From positions 22,251,644-22,315,643 of the forward strand of contig JAHRHZ010000267.1 of NCBI GenBank assembly GCA_024137785.1: 64,000 nt of DNA. The letters run 5' to 3'. Below, in pieces: positions 9,429-22,700 of the stretch. This stretch comes from Ginglymostoma cirratum (taxonomy: Eukaryota). Within the stretch, counting starts at the first letter, position 1. Every line of letters begins with the position of its first letter. The notes under the pieces were generated by a model. It had not been told where the DNA came from. It saw nothing but the letters and a program-made list of their open reading frames with translations, and searched no databases. Position numbers and translations under genes: made by a program.

Positions 9429-10949
9429 TACTGTCATATGGCGCAGGTGTAAGATTGACATAGCACAGTGCCGAACAACAACATGTCTGCCCCTGGAATG
9501 ATGACTGATGATAACTGAAGGCCCAGAGGACCATCCTTCTATGATTGAGTGAGTGTCCCAGCATTTTCTTTCAGGCATCAGCCAAGACACTTGCCAAGCA
9601 TGGGTGACCCCTCCTGATGTTCTTAAAAATAACCTGAATTCTAAACTAGGGCTTTGTCAAGGAAGAAGACTGGTAGTCAAGAAATGATTTTCTTTCATGA
9701 TTAATGCTGTAATCGTAACAATCAGATTTCAAGGGAAAACAGCATTTACTCCTCAAATAATATTCAGCGTATCAGATGTAAACATATTTTTTACACTCTG
9801 GAGAAAACAATTACCATCTAGTCTTTCATATTCTTTGAGTACAGACCAGGGAGAGAAATCATAGGCCCCGATACTTCTGTTTCCAGGCCCACTGATCATA
9901 TTCTGTAATAATTTTAAGTTATTGAATTTAAAATAAACTTGACAATTCTGCTTGCCCCAGAATTTCACTTTCTTTGCACACAGTGTCGATTTCATTAAAA
10001 CTGAATATGTTGTGCTTAAGTTTATATAACGATAATGCTTGAAGACGAAGACACACTGCACTATATTAATTTACATTCTCCGTGTGAAAGTTTTTTTCAA
10101 AGACCATTTGAATAACCGAATCCTTTCCTTCAGATCCTCTGATTGAAGAGGTATTCAATGACAGTCAGTACGTCATTTGTAAGAATTAACCTGTGTAATG
10201 TGGAGTTGAAAACTATCCATTCACACAAAGAAAGCCACGCACTGAGGCATCTGTAGAGTGAATTACAACATTGGATCAATTATACATATTATGAATTTTC
10301 TGACTAACTCTTCCTGCGTTTTTATTCATTAAACAATGGCCTGTATTCCATTTCTGTGAACTATTCCAGTAAGAGTTTTCAAAGAATCAGACTTCAATTT
10401 AACGTTCATATGATCACAATCAATGGATTATCTATGGTACTTAGGATCAATTAAAGAGAATTGTACACTGCTATCCATTTGTGATGTAAAATAAAACCAT
10501 CATTGTAAAATATAATGCCAAATTATTTGGAATACGCCAGGTGCTGCACAAATGTAGCATTTGAGATATCTAAATAGGTGAGGAATTTTAGGGGAAAAAT
10601 AGGAATCAAATATCATCCCTTTACAAGCCCTTAATCTGCTCATTTAAATTCACCAAATATTTTAATAGTAACAAAGTAGATTTGTAGACTTACGGTTATG
10701 TTTTGCCTTGCCAGTGCCTGGTGTTGTGTACCCAATACTTTCACAAATCCGACTGCCATGCACATGTCCATGCCCACTGGTGCCAGCCCCAACAATCCTG
10801 TATGGGTGTTGGACAGCACCACGGAGCACTGGAAAGCTGAAACCCTATACCAATCCCTACTCTCTCCACATCTCACATCCACTTGTTAATGGCTAAGGAA
10901 ATAAGTGGAAATGGTAGGAACTGAGTTCGCATCAGAACAATGAATTAAG

Positions 10950-11700
10950 GATGAATGGCATTAGTACATTATACAGAAAAGAGGTCTTAAATGCGAAGTT
11001 CCCCGTAGTCCCTGTGCTCTTGTATTTTGGACCCAGTGCATCCCCCTTGGTCAAGCCTTGGTATAAACAAGCCACAGTGTTGAAGTTTTGAGAACGTTTG
11101 TACTTGTATTCTTTGGCCTGTTTTTACACATTGCCTGCTTTATATAGCTTTCTTTTCTGTGGTGAGAATGAGTTTTAGTTCTGTTAATATAGTTGGTGAA
11201 AACAATATTCCTTATACCTGTTGCAATAAATGTACAAATTTGGCCACAATTTTTTTGTAGATCTCTTCTAGTCCCTAATATTTGCCTGTTTATCTATCCT
11301 GTGAACATTCCTGTAGCGTGGACATTATGCATAGTATCACCAGTAACTTGGCAGGCTTTTTAATTTTGGACTAATTCTGTCTTTGCTACAACATGGAAAG
11401 TTTGAAACTCTGTATGGTGCTCCTTCAGCTATGTCAACTGCTTTAACAAAATTCCCTACTGACTACAATCTGAGAGTACCTCCCTTTTAAGTGGGGCTGA
11501 CTGCCTTTAAGTGGCATGAAACACAAACAGCAACTGCTGAATGGTACAGGTGGCATTGCCTGTATGGTTGAGTCATTTTAATGAAACCCCAGCACACATT
11601 GAATGCACTTAGCCTGTGCCACATGAACACCTGAATGCAGCTTGCCTCCTTTGCAGCTGTTTTTAGATGCTGTCAAATAGTTGGTGCCAAAGTCATTCCA
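10950..11700 (-). mobile_element. Possible highly decayed LTR/ERV integrase remnant
   Basis: Weak, frameshifted motifs in integrase order on the minus strand: KCIQCV, PPVPF…FMPL, GRYSQIVV, NFPCCSK…AKLL…PRY, DALGPKY. Confidence 0.3.
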
Positions 11701-14419
11701 TGCCTATTTTTTGTGGTCTTTTCTTCTGAGTTCGTTGTCCATTCATTCTCTTTTCTGTTTCTCAATGTTACATCTTTTTATAAACATATTCTTAAATGGT
11801 ACATGTCTTCATTGTCAGACTGATTAGATGGCTGATTAGATTCTCTTAACATGACTGGAGGTTGTTTTTTGCTCCTCATCCTCAATTAAAGATGTTGGTT
11901 TGATGAAAGTCTAGTTTCAAAGGATCACACAGGGGTGTAAACAATCTGCATTAATTACTGCTACTGTTTTGAATGCAGATTCTCTGCTGTTTTCAGCTAT
12001 GAAGCTCCACAAATCCTCAATCCCCCCAGAAAGAACAAACATTTGATGGCGAATATTCTTGAATTGCATGACTTATTTATTGTAGGAAAGGTTCTTGTAG
12101 AGTTGTTTGCAATTTGTATATGTTTCCACCGTTGAGAAATGGCAGATGCTGAATAAAATATGTCAGAGGAATATTCATATTGTGTCTGGCTACCTCTGTG
12201 ACAAGTTGTCCAAATCAGCCCCAGCTTGATATTTGCAAATCAGTTAGTCTTGTGACTAGTTGTGTGAACAATAATATTTCTCGAAATAATAAGTCCTATC
12301 ATTATTAGTATTCAATTTACCTCGGAAGGCTGTTAGTAAACCCTTCAGAATAATTTATTCACTTCATTATATGTGTTGTAGGAAACTAAATATTAAACAT
12401 CTAATATATTGCTCTCACTCTATCTGTTATCCTGTTTCGAATAATTGAATCAATTATGTATAATAGTTTAGTTTTAAAATTACAGGCCAGTACTAATTGA
12501 TTGAATTTAATTCAAGGACTATAACTTGACAATTATGCAACCACACTGTTGTTTCCTTCTGTCACCGTTACTTCTTTAACTGGTGGCTCTCCACACAGAT
12601 GCTTCAGTAATCAGCTAACTCCTTCATTCTGGATTTACCCTGACAGTTCACAGCGCTTCTCTTCAGCTAGGTTGCTTTGCAGCTGCAGCACAATGATCCA
12701 TGTACTAGCTCAGCTGAAACAAAACATTCAGGCTCAGTGCATGTGGCTCGGTGGCTTTTAACATTATCAAAGGCTGGCATTCACACTGAAAGTTGCAAGT
12801 TAGAAGCCTAGTGATCTGTGACTATACGGGCGACTTAATTAAAGCTGCTAACTAGCATAAAATATTATCAGTTAATAATCTTGACAGAAAGCCAAGCTTG
12901 AAATCCCAGTGAAGCAGAAGAGTATACACATTAGATTCTGCAATAGAGAATCTGTTACGAAAGATTGTTGATGTAGCTGGAATATCAATACCACAGTGCA
13001 CACCAGAATGTAAAATCTGTTCATCTTTAGCTTAATAGCATCCGTGGTAGTCTTGTGGCTACATGCACCACCTGCTGTTGAATTAAACATGCGAATCTCA
13101 AGACCTCAGATAGAAAATTTAAATCATTCTTATTGTAAGAATCATGGTTTAAAATATTTGAACTTTCCATCTATCTTTAAGGCTTTAAATTATTTTAACT
13201 TACTTCTTCTGCAGCTGCAGAGAAAGTGCAAGTTAAGGACATCATTAAAAATAAATCTGACCAATGGTAAACTGACTTTATTAAAGGAAGTGTGTAATTA
13301 AGTGCAGTTAGCATATTGCTCATAGTAAATCAAAGATTGCACAAGAACTAGGTGCTCAATTGAATAGTAATATGAGATAGAGGTGGAATCTTATTGGGAT
13401 CTCAGCACCATTGGCTAGACTGCGATTTGTGGCAGAATTGGACAAAACTTTGGGTGAAGCCTATCTCAATGTTGGAGGCATCTCTCTGTCTTTCACACAT
13501 CTGACAAGTAGTGTGGCAAATTTCTTGCTAGGTAGTGGCAAGTTGCCAATTAAGAGAGATTATTAATGGACAAACATATTACATTAGTATTCAGTTTCCT
13601 CGCTTATCAAACAGACCAAACAAGCTCGACACTAAGAAAACACGACATGGTTACCTGACAAACTGAGCTCACTACTTGCTCCAAAGGACCTGGAAACTAG
13701 ACAACAACACATCAGAGCACGCTCCACGGACACTGGTCACATAAACCCTACATCCATTGACATTGGCACCCTATATATGTCAGCCTTAAGGAACCCTCAT
13801 TGTATTTCCAATTCACTGACAAACTGATTCTTCACTTCAATGCTGCACCTTGGGCTGGCCCGGCAATTAATATTGTACTGCTGCAGCAAAGATTCTGTGC
13901 TGTCAGAGACATGCACCCAGCCCCTGGGACTGGAGCAGGATGCCTCACGAGGCTGTTCGCTAGCTGTCATAGCCCTTACTCACTCTGAACCCTCCTGGAT
14001 GCTCTCAGCATCCTTAGTTTGCATTACCATGCTTTTTACACTTTGACCCCACAGCAGAACTACCAGGCTCATTTAACTACTGTCTTGCCTTGCCATTTAG
14101 TGTAAATACAAAGCAGGAAACTTGTTATGGTTGCCAGCATGCCTCGGTCAGATCAAAGGGGATAACTTTCAGTCAGGGAGCCCTGGAACAGTTAGTCAAG
14201 GGCAGATTCTAGTCCCACTCTAGGAGTTCAGACACAGTTCAGGGCCGTCAGAATCCATATACTCTCCTCATAGGAAATAAGGATTGGACAGCCCACTACC
14301 TTCTTGACTCTTTCCTCCCTTTTGTGGACTATTTTTCTCCTGGAATGAAAGAGAAGCGAGTATTAGGAAATTAGATAGAAGTAGGTGACATAGTTACTAT
14401 TACTGACGCAAGTGAGGAA

Positions 14420-14520
14420 CTGTGGGGGAGGTAGTGTCTGGGTAAGATGCTCTTTGGAAAGTTGGTGCAGATCTGATGGGTCAGATGTCTTCTATCTGCA
14501 CTGTAGAGATTCTATGATGC
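14420..14520 (+). mobile_element. HE1 SINE 3' part
   Basis: GTCTGGGTAAGATGCTCTTTGGAAAGTTGGTGCAGATCTGATGGGTCAGATG…CACTGTAGAGATTCTATGAT matches the HE1 tail. Confidence 0.7.
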
Positions 14521-14949
14521 TAAGATGTCCTAGCTCACTAGGAAGGCATTCGCGAAGAACAAATGAGGATATCTAACATATTCAACAAAAGTGAAATAAA
14601 AATCTTATATACTTCAAATCAGATCTGCCAGCAGTTTGGAAGCAAAGATTTACTTGAGCAAAAGGTAATTGAGCTGCATATGGCTCTTGATCAATATCCA
14701 CAGATTGGATTACCTAACCTGAAAATCTAGGAAACTGCAAGGAGCAATGTACTTGTTTCAACAGAGCATCTGTCTTTCACGACGGACAATCATGAGATTA
14801 AAGGACCTTCAAATGATGTATTGGAGCCGCTGGGTTATTGCGGGTGAGTTCCTCTGTAAAGGGAATTCAGGGACTTCCAGATCGGATAATGAACCAACTA
14901 CCAGGTTATTAGGAACAAAATCAGCTGGAAAGGATATCTGTGAGATAAA

Positions 14950-15195
14950 GAGCATGGGGCTGGATGAACACAGCAGGTCAAGCAGCATCATAGGAGCAGG
15001 AAAACTTGACGTTTCGGGCCTAAACCCTTCATCAGAAAATCATTTTCTGATTTTCTGAACCCTTCATTTTCTGATGAAGGGTTTAGGCCCAAAACGTCAA
15101 GTTTTCCTGCTCCTATGATGCTGCTTGACCTGCTGTGTTCATCCAGCCCCATGCTTGTTATCTCGGATTCTCCAGCATCTGCAGTACCTTTTATC
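14950..15195. mobile_element. Young PLE hairpin insertion with 13-bp TSD and two opposed hammerhead-like motifs
   Basis: TSD TCTGTGAGATAAA at 14937-14949 and 15196-15208; ~95-bp near-perfect inverted arms; cores at 15008-15035 (minus, intact) and 15071-15098 (plus, GAAA>AAAA). Confidence 0.92.
15004..15039 (-). ncRNA. Minimal hammerhead-ribozyme-like motif (intact core)
   Basis: Minus strand TTTT-CTGATGA-A-GGGTTTAGGCCC-GAAAC-GTC-AAGT. Confidence 0.6.
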
Positions 15196-17204
15196 TCTGT
15201 GAGATAAAACATCCTTCAGCAGATCAGAGTCAAGTTCAGCAATCCTCAGGCAAAAGACCTGCTCATCTTCAAGTCCAAAGAGAACATCTTCTGGAAGAAT
15301 TTTGAAACCACCTGCATTTGTGAAGTTAGAGTCTTGAAGGGACATGGGATACTGGTAAATGTAAAGGTAGTAATATATCTAAATATAGAAAGGTTAACTA
15401 TGGAAGTAATGGCTTGAGGGAGATGTTGTATAAGGTGATAATTTTAAGAGTTAATTTTCAAGACTGCTTTAGGCTTCACCCAGTCTGATAATGGCACACA
15501 GCTGTAGATGGACAATAAAGGAGATGAACTCTGGCTCTTGAAGGGGGTCAAACATGTCATCCTGGCTCCTGTTAGTCTTTCTAAGTATGACTTACATAGC
15601 TGGTAGTTATTGCTATCATGTAACAAACTGCATCTTGTTGTTGTACCTCTTCTTGTTGAGTCTCATTAGTGATCCTATTGAGTCCACCATTGAACAGGCA
15701 GAAAAGCCTGCAGACGCAACATAAAAAAGATACTGGTGGCAGCAACATATGGCAACTATGATCTGCCAGCGCTTGGTTCTGCAAATACGCAACACAAAGG
15801 TTTGGTTGGACCTCAAAGTCTAGCTATTTACACTTTGAACAGAACCTACCCTCAAATAAATGCCTCAATTTTTAGTCAATATGGAAATATTCAAACATCT
15901 TCTCAATGTGGAGCACCCGTATTCTTTTGGCAGCTTTTTCCGAAAGATTAACCATGAATAATATATACTGTGGATTGCTACAGCGATTAACTGTGGGGAA
16001 ATGAAGATGTGATTACATCTGCTAAATTTCATTGCACAGCAAGTGACAGTTGCAAATGTTACCACATTTGTTTTCTAACAGTGTATTATCACTGCAGGCT
16101 TGCAACATTTTAGGTATTTCGTTATGACTGTGATGAGATATTAATGATGTAGCTTTCCAAAAGTTCAATGTTCACCAGCATAAAGTGAGGGAGGACAGCA
16201 CAGCCTTCAGAAGCTTGCACCACCTTCTCAAACATTTCGCCCCCAGAGCTCGCTTACGTCCTTTTGTCAGCGATGAAAAGAACTTTCCAATGGGTATTGT
16301 CACTCATTCTAAAGGACATCACTATCATTTCCAAGCAAGCTCAATATTCAAAGCATTCTTCTCTAAAAACGGTAATTTGAAGTCACTGCAGAGAAGTTTG
16401 TCCTTCAAATAATACAACATCTTGGCCTCTGATTTACAGCACTAACTCTTACATAACAACTTGTGAAAGCTCCCAAATTTTTATAATTGCTTCCTACTGC
16501 TGTATTCATTGAACCCATTGCAACTAAATGACATATTTCATTGCACAATGGAGGAACTGTTAACAAAGCACTATCTAAGGATGACAATGGCCATTTTTGA
16601 AATGTCATTTCCCTTTTCAATCAAATTGTCTTCCACCTTCAATCTCATCTCGTGCTGAAAAGCTAGATAAGCAGCCTGTTTGCTGGACTTGCCGGTTCAT
16701 GGAGAGGAGCAAAAATTGACCTAATGTAGTTCTCCCCATGACTTTTTTTTTCCTTCCAGAAAGATGCCTCAGGCATCACTGTATAATTTCTGTTGAACAC
16801 TGTTTTGTGCATTTTCCTCTTAATATGATCTTGTACTTTAATGATTCTACACTCAGCGCCAAGGAATTATTTCTGACAAAATGTTTGGAAAATGATATGA
16901 TATGTTATCTCCTTCCTTGAAAAATTAAGGCTTTCTTTTCTTGAGTAAGCCAGCAACGTTTCTGAATAGCTTTTTCTGAAGGACTTCTAGCTGGATACTT
17001 TTTTAAAAAAATTGTTCTTCCAGTAACAGCTTTAATTTTAGAAATTAGAGAAGCTTGTGGTTAGAAAAAGCTTTATTCCCCTTCTTTATGTAGTGTGATA
17101 TAGGTTCTGTAGACATCCCAATCATTCCCAGAAAACATAAGTAAAAGGTCAAAGTCTTTAATTAACATTGTATTGACATTCTACAGCAAAACCTACAGCA
17201 ATTT

Positions 17205-17300
17205 ATATAAATGTGGGAGACACTCAGCAGATCTGGCAGCATGTGTGGAGAGACAAACAGAGTTAAAGTTTCAAGTCCAATAACTAATCTTCAGAATTGA
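17205..17300 (-). mobile_element. Old PLE pLTR fragment
   Basis: CACTCAGCAGATCTGGCAGCATGTGTGGAGAGACAAACAGAGTTAA resembles 5935-5975; minus strand reads CTGAAGA…GAAAC. Confidence 0.65.
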
Positions 17301-17739
17301 TACGTCAAACACTTTTCACACGGAGGGAGACATCCCAAGTATTTACATTAAGAATGAAAGAAAAACTGAAAACTGATAAGGTAAGAAAAATAAAGAACAG
17401 TTAAATAGAGGACTGAGGGTAAGCTTGAAGAGAAAGGTTTGCGGAGATTCCTAAAAATAGGAAGGGAGTTGAGAAAAGGGTTAACTATTGAAAAAGTACA
17501 CAGGAAGCTATGTCAGTGATTATATCATGAACAGATGATGATGGAGAGTCTTTGAAAAGAGAAGCAGCTGCTTAGATCTTGTGCTTAGCTATAACGTACA
17601 TTGTTAGTAAAATTAAAGACATTGAATTATTTTGAAAAGTGCTACGACTTCAGCAACATCTCTTCCATAAATTAGTGCACTGCGGACCATCCTCACCATA
17701 CCACACTACAACACAATAAGATATAGCAAGGTGTGCAGG

Positions 17740-18370
17740 ACTTGGTTATTCTCACAGAATCAATCCTTACAGCCAATGCCTCAGACACCGCTATCACTAT
17801 CCCTGAGTATATCTTGACCCACAGGCAGGAAATATCTAATGAAAGGTGGTGAAACTGTGGTATACAATGGAAAAGGAGTTACCCTGGAAATCCTCAATAT
17901 TGATTCTACATCCCATGATGTCCCATGGCATCAAATCAAACATGAGCAAGGAAATCTCGGGCTGATTATCACATACCATTCCTCCCCCACTGGAAATTAC
18001 TTCCCACATTGAACACCAGTTGCAGGAGCCACTGCGAGTGGCCAGAGTACAAAATGCACACTGCACTGGGGATATCATTGTCCATCACCAGGTCACTAGT
18101 TCAGCTGTACCACCATTGACTGAGTTAGTCAAATCCGAAAGAACAGTGGTACTAGACTGGGTCTGCAGGAGGACGGAACCAACAAGACGAAGAAACATAC
18201 TTGACCTCATCCTTACCAATCTGCCAGCTGTGGATTCATCTATCCATGACAGTCTTAACAAGATTTACCATTGCACTGTCATTGTGGAGACGATATCCAC
18301 ATCTTCACAGCGATAATAACATATACTGTGTTCTGTGGCACAATTGTTGTGCAAAATGGGACAGATGCCA
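17740..18370 (+). mobile_element. LINE (CR1/L2 group) APE-endonuclease region, decayed
   Basis: LRVARVQN…GD…VHHQ, EPTRRRNILDLILTNLP…HCTVIVE, LWHNCCAKWDR. Confidence 0.8.
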
Positions 18371-18464
18371 TTGTATGTTCTACTGGTTCATGATCATAAA
18401 TGAACCTTTCAAAATGATTAATAGCACTTATTATACCACCGCTAGCAATAACTTCATTACTTCA

Positions 18465-18795
18465 GGGATGGAGGTGAAATAGTGATCATATGAGTGGAAT
18501 GGAAACCAATAGTTAGCAATCCAGGTCCGGGTTATTGTGGGGAAATGTGTTCCAGTCATGACAGACAGTGAAACCTGAATTCAGCAAAATATGGAATTAA
18601 AAGCTAGTCATTGTTGTAAAAATCCATCTGATTCATTAATGTCCTTTATGGAAGGAAATTTACTGTTCTTACTTGGTCTGAACTGTATATGACTGCAGAC
18701 CCACAGCGATGTGGTTGACTCTTAATAGCCCTCTGAAATGGCTTAGCTGGTTAATTAGGAATGGGCAACAAATGTCAGTGATACCCATATCCCCT
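18465..18795 (+). mobile_element. Shark tRNA-headed SINE (second family)
   Basis: Core AAAATCCATCTGATTCATTAATGTCCTTTATGGAAGGAAAT…AGACCCACAGCGATGTGGTTGACTCTTAA shared with copies at 46362, 54980, 56562, 61072 and 63030. Confidence 0.8.
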
Positions 18796-20839
18796 GCAGG
18801 GCTAAAGGAAACATAACTGGGGTGGTTAGCACATAGGAGATCAGTAAGTGTTGCCAAAGCGTACAAATGGCCAAGTGTTCATTAGATTTTAGAAGTATTC
18901 TTAAGTGTGGAATCAAGATCAAAAACAAGATGTTATAATTTAGTTTTAAAAATGCTTTTTTCTATTTTCTCCCTTACTCTTTTGACAATGCTGATTTGCA
19001 ACTGGGTTATTGTCCCACAATCTGTATCCACTTGTCGGTTGTGAAAATAGATGTTTAGATTCATCAACAATGAGGATCATTGTAAAGACCCTGATCTAGC
19101 AATGACTCAATTATGTTGGTTAGAAGCAGGTTCTTTGGCTGACACTTACGCTGCGCCAAGCACTGTAACCTGCAGACTGAAGCTAGAATCCTCGTGTAGA
19201 AATTAATTTCACACTTTTATGAATCAAACAATCTGATAAGCTCAATAAATTATTAATATACATCCAGCCACAATCTTAGAATACAAACTTAGAACATAAA
19301 ATACAATACTGAATTGGATGCATATTCAATGGAATTATTTGAAGAAGGAATAGGGGAACTTTCATATTCTGTACAGTCAAACCGGGGTAACATGGAGATG
19401 ATTGAACTAGAGCCATGAGTCTGAAGAGTGGTATTAGTTGGGACAATGTTGGATAATTCAGTGTGTGCTAATGTATGGTGAGACTCCTTTACCAAGAAGA
19501 TTAAAATAATTTGTTATTTAACCACTTGGTTTTGATGGAGAATCAATTTAATACATCGCATTGTTCTCACGCCTGTCCTCCCACTTTCATATTTAGCACC
19601 TTTGGTAATTTATACGGAACTGAAAGGTTGCAGCGAGTTTCAACATGGAGCAGTTTTGAACAGGAGGGGTGTAGTGCAAAAATGCAATCACTGGTTTGTG
19701 TTTCAGACTCTAGTGTTTTAATTCCCTTAAATTACACTGCTTCACTCTCTACCCATTCCTGGCAGGTTGCAGGAGCAGAGCAGCTACCAACAAGCAAATG
19801 TTAGGCAACCTTTGACATGAAAGTGATGGATGTGGTGGAGGTGGTCTGGGGGCAGTTGTAGGGGCGAGTAGTGTGAAGTGGTAAGACGATCTCAGGGAAG
19901 GAAGCCCTGCAATTTTCTTTTTGTGGCCTGGAGGAGTTCTCCGCCCTGCTGCCAATTTGCAATCTTAGTAGATAAGCAATGCACAGATTCCTTACTAAGA
20001 TTCCCCTTGTGAAAATGTGACCTGAGTCCTACTGACGTAGTAGTACATGGATTTGCACAAATTCATTGGGGTCCGTCCTTCTTTGAGAAGTGGCCTCTGG
20101 TTCCTGAAGCCTGCAGATTAGGGACCACGAAACATTAAGTTCTAAATTGAAGCACTGTGCGCATTTGCTCTTCCTCTGAGCTTTCTGTACTTTGTAACAA
20201 ATTTGTAGGTAAGATTTGGATATGAAGTGCAAGATGGTGGTGCACAGAGAGTGGGGACTAAACCAGCACATGGTCTCATTCATTGATATCCTACGAAGCA
20301 ATAACAATTTCTCCTCCCACTGAAATAATCAAGACAATCAGCAGATTCCTCTTATATTTTGGTAATATCCTTGTGAGCAAATCTTCTCGCTATGCAAATG
20401 TCCTTTGCACTGATTACATTTGCTACCATCCTCAATGTGAGTAACTGTGCCATTATTAAACTATTATGAGAGTTAAAGAAAATGTCATTGATTGATCATT
20501 GTCGGCATTGTGGCTTTAATGAATCTCATAAATTGATAAAGCTGGCACAGAAGAAAGTAGGAAATCAAAAAGCAACGAGACTAGAAGTCTCAGAATAGTT
20601 ATTTCAGCAGAAACTAAAATAAGAATTGCAGGCCATGAGGTGAAAATTAGGAGGCAACTCGTGACAGTAACACAAGGAGCAAGGAAAAGGTTTTAACACT
20701 CTCCAACCTGCTGCAATCCACAGGGTTTGGCAGCCCAGCCATACTCCTACCTGCACTGCATAGGGAATTCCTAACAACTTGCTTTGACAACATAAATCTC
20801 AGTCATCCACTGCCTGTGCCATTGCAAACTGGAAGTCAA

Positions 20840-21335
20840 TGAGGGCTTGTGCTAAAATTGGGAGGGCAGTCTCACAAATTGGAGAAGCAATATCCTGACC
20901 TAACCATACTCATGGATTCATGTCTTACAGATAATGTCTCAGACACCATAATCACCATTTTGATATTACGCATCCCACCATCAGATTTGGTAAGATTGTG
21001 GTATATAGTCTGGAGGGAGATTCCCATGGGAGTTCATGGGGACTATGGACCCCATGAAATGATGTGGAACAGATCAGACATCGGTAAGGAAACCTTCTGT
21101 TGATCCCCATCCCTTGGTAATGAATCAGTATTTCCCGTGCTGAACACCATTTGGAGAAAGCACTGAGGGTAGCAAGGGCACAGAATGTACTCTGTGTTTA
21201 GGACATCAATGTCCATCACCAAGAGTGCCTCAGCAGCATCACCACTGACCAAGCTATTGAGTCCTGAAAGAGATAGCGGTTAGATTAATTCTGTGCAGGT
21301 GATAAGGGCACCAACAAGAGGGAAAAAAACTAATT
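20840..21335 (+). mobile_element. LINE APE-endonuclease 5' region, same family as 17740-18370
   Basis: KLGGQSHKLEKQYPDLTILMDSCLTDNVSDTII; CACTGAGGGTAGCAAGGGCACAGAATGTACTCTG…CCAACAAGAGGGAAAAA. Confidence 0.8.
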
Positions 21336-21396
21336 GATATAATCAACAGGAAGCATGGATTGATTTTTTACTTCAAACCATCTCTCTCTAGTCTAG

Positions 21397-21530
21397 AGAT
21401 AAAAGGTACTGCAGATGCTGGAGAATCCGAGATAACAAGCATGGGGCTGGATGAACACAGCAGGTCAAGCAGCATCCTGCTCCCATGATGCTTCTGGACC
21501 TGCTGTGTTCATCCAGCCCCATGCTTGTTA
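21397..21530. mobile_element. Young PLE hairpin micro-insertion with 14-bp TSD, lacking the ribozyme core
   Basis: TSD TCTCTCTAGTCTAG at 21383-21396 and 21531-21544; inverted arms GAGATAACAAGCATGGGGCTGGATGAACACAGCAGGTC / GACCTGCTGTGTTCATCCAGCCCCATGCTTGTTATCTC. Confidence 0.92.
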
Positions 21531-22229
21531 TCTCTCTAGTCTAGGCAGCATTATGGAAAATGATACAACTGCCAGCTCACAGGTTGTGAACAATTAGCTC
21601 CATAAAGTTAGTTGATTGTCTATATGGCCCAAGCTTCACAGCAGGTATTGCATTAAGAATCTAAACTTTCTTGGTATCTCAAATCATGGGTGCTGTCTAT
21701 TCATGGACCAAATTGTGCCAGAGGATGATTTCAATGTAAGATGTAGACATGTTGCCTGCTCCAAGGCTCAATTTTTGTTCCTGACTCAGGTGAGCAGAGG
21801 TGGGAAAACTCTCCTATGCCAATTTATGCCTAATTAAACTATCCAATAGCCATCCTTTGAGTTAATATTCCCAAAGAGCACCTAACCCCTCCCTCATTCC
21901 CTGCAAACTATCCCTGACTAGTACCCATAACGTGTCCTGGAACCATTTCCACAGGGGTACTGTGGCTCTCCGAAGGGATACCTGAGCTATCCACATGAAA
22001 TTCAGTGTTCTTACCTGGCCTAACCTCCACATTCTGAGTTTCAAATGTCAAGGACTCTGAAATCCAGTTTCAGTGGAGACAGCTGGTTACTTAAATGGCC
22101 CACTGCCTCTGGGAACCTCGAATGTGCAACTTACAATCTGTTCACCAAGAAAACGAGAAATGTTTGTTCAACTAGTTGGGACTTGGTTTCTTTTTTTTTT
22201 TTTGCATACTATTACCATAGTGGAGATGT

Positions 22230-22700
22230 TCGCCTTAATGGCAAAAATGGGGACCAGGCTAAGTTCATTATATTGATGCATAGTACTTAGAAAAATTCTG
22301 CATTTAATCCAACATTAAAGGTGCTGTTTCAACATGTCCCAAAAACTGGACTGAATATTTTGTAACACACAAGAACTGCTGTGCACTGATGTGGCAGGTG
22401 GCAGTGTCAGTATGCCAGAAGTTTCAATTTTGATGCTGACTAAGATTTTTTGAAGATTTCCCCAATTGTATATATTGATTGATTGAATGTTGACAGGAAT
22501 TTCCGAGTGTCAGGCAGCCAAGAAATCCTTAATGGTCTTGCAATGTCTGATAGTGATAATGAGAATGTTGGACAAATTGCTAAGCCTACAATCTCATAGT
22601 TGAGCTGAGAAGTGTTTTGCTCATGTTTCAGATCACTGAAACGATAGGCAATTATACCTTAATGAGTTTGATGCTAAGGAAATTGTGTGTGAGAACATTT
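22230..22700 (+). mobile_element. Possible Tigger/pogo transposase C-terminal remnant
   Basis: Weak: IKGAVSTCPKNWTEYFVTHKNCC and LNVDRNFRVSGS…EILNGLAMSDSDNE resemble Tigger C-terminal acidic regions. Confidence 0.25.

Noticed and set aside
9295-9590. Cys-Val repeat proteins
   Set aside because: Translation of the (CA)n microsatellite
12549-12770. Minus-strand coding exon after TTTTGTTTCAG
   Set aside because: Stops in all three frames before the candidate donor
14760-15350. Gypsy integrase C-terminus (RTSSGRILKPPAF) around the PLE hairpin
   Set aside because: A single short motif; too weak to list as a feature
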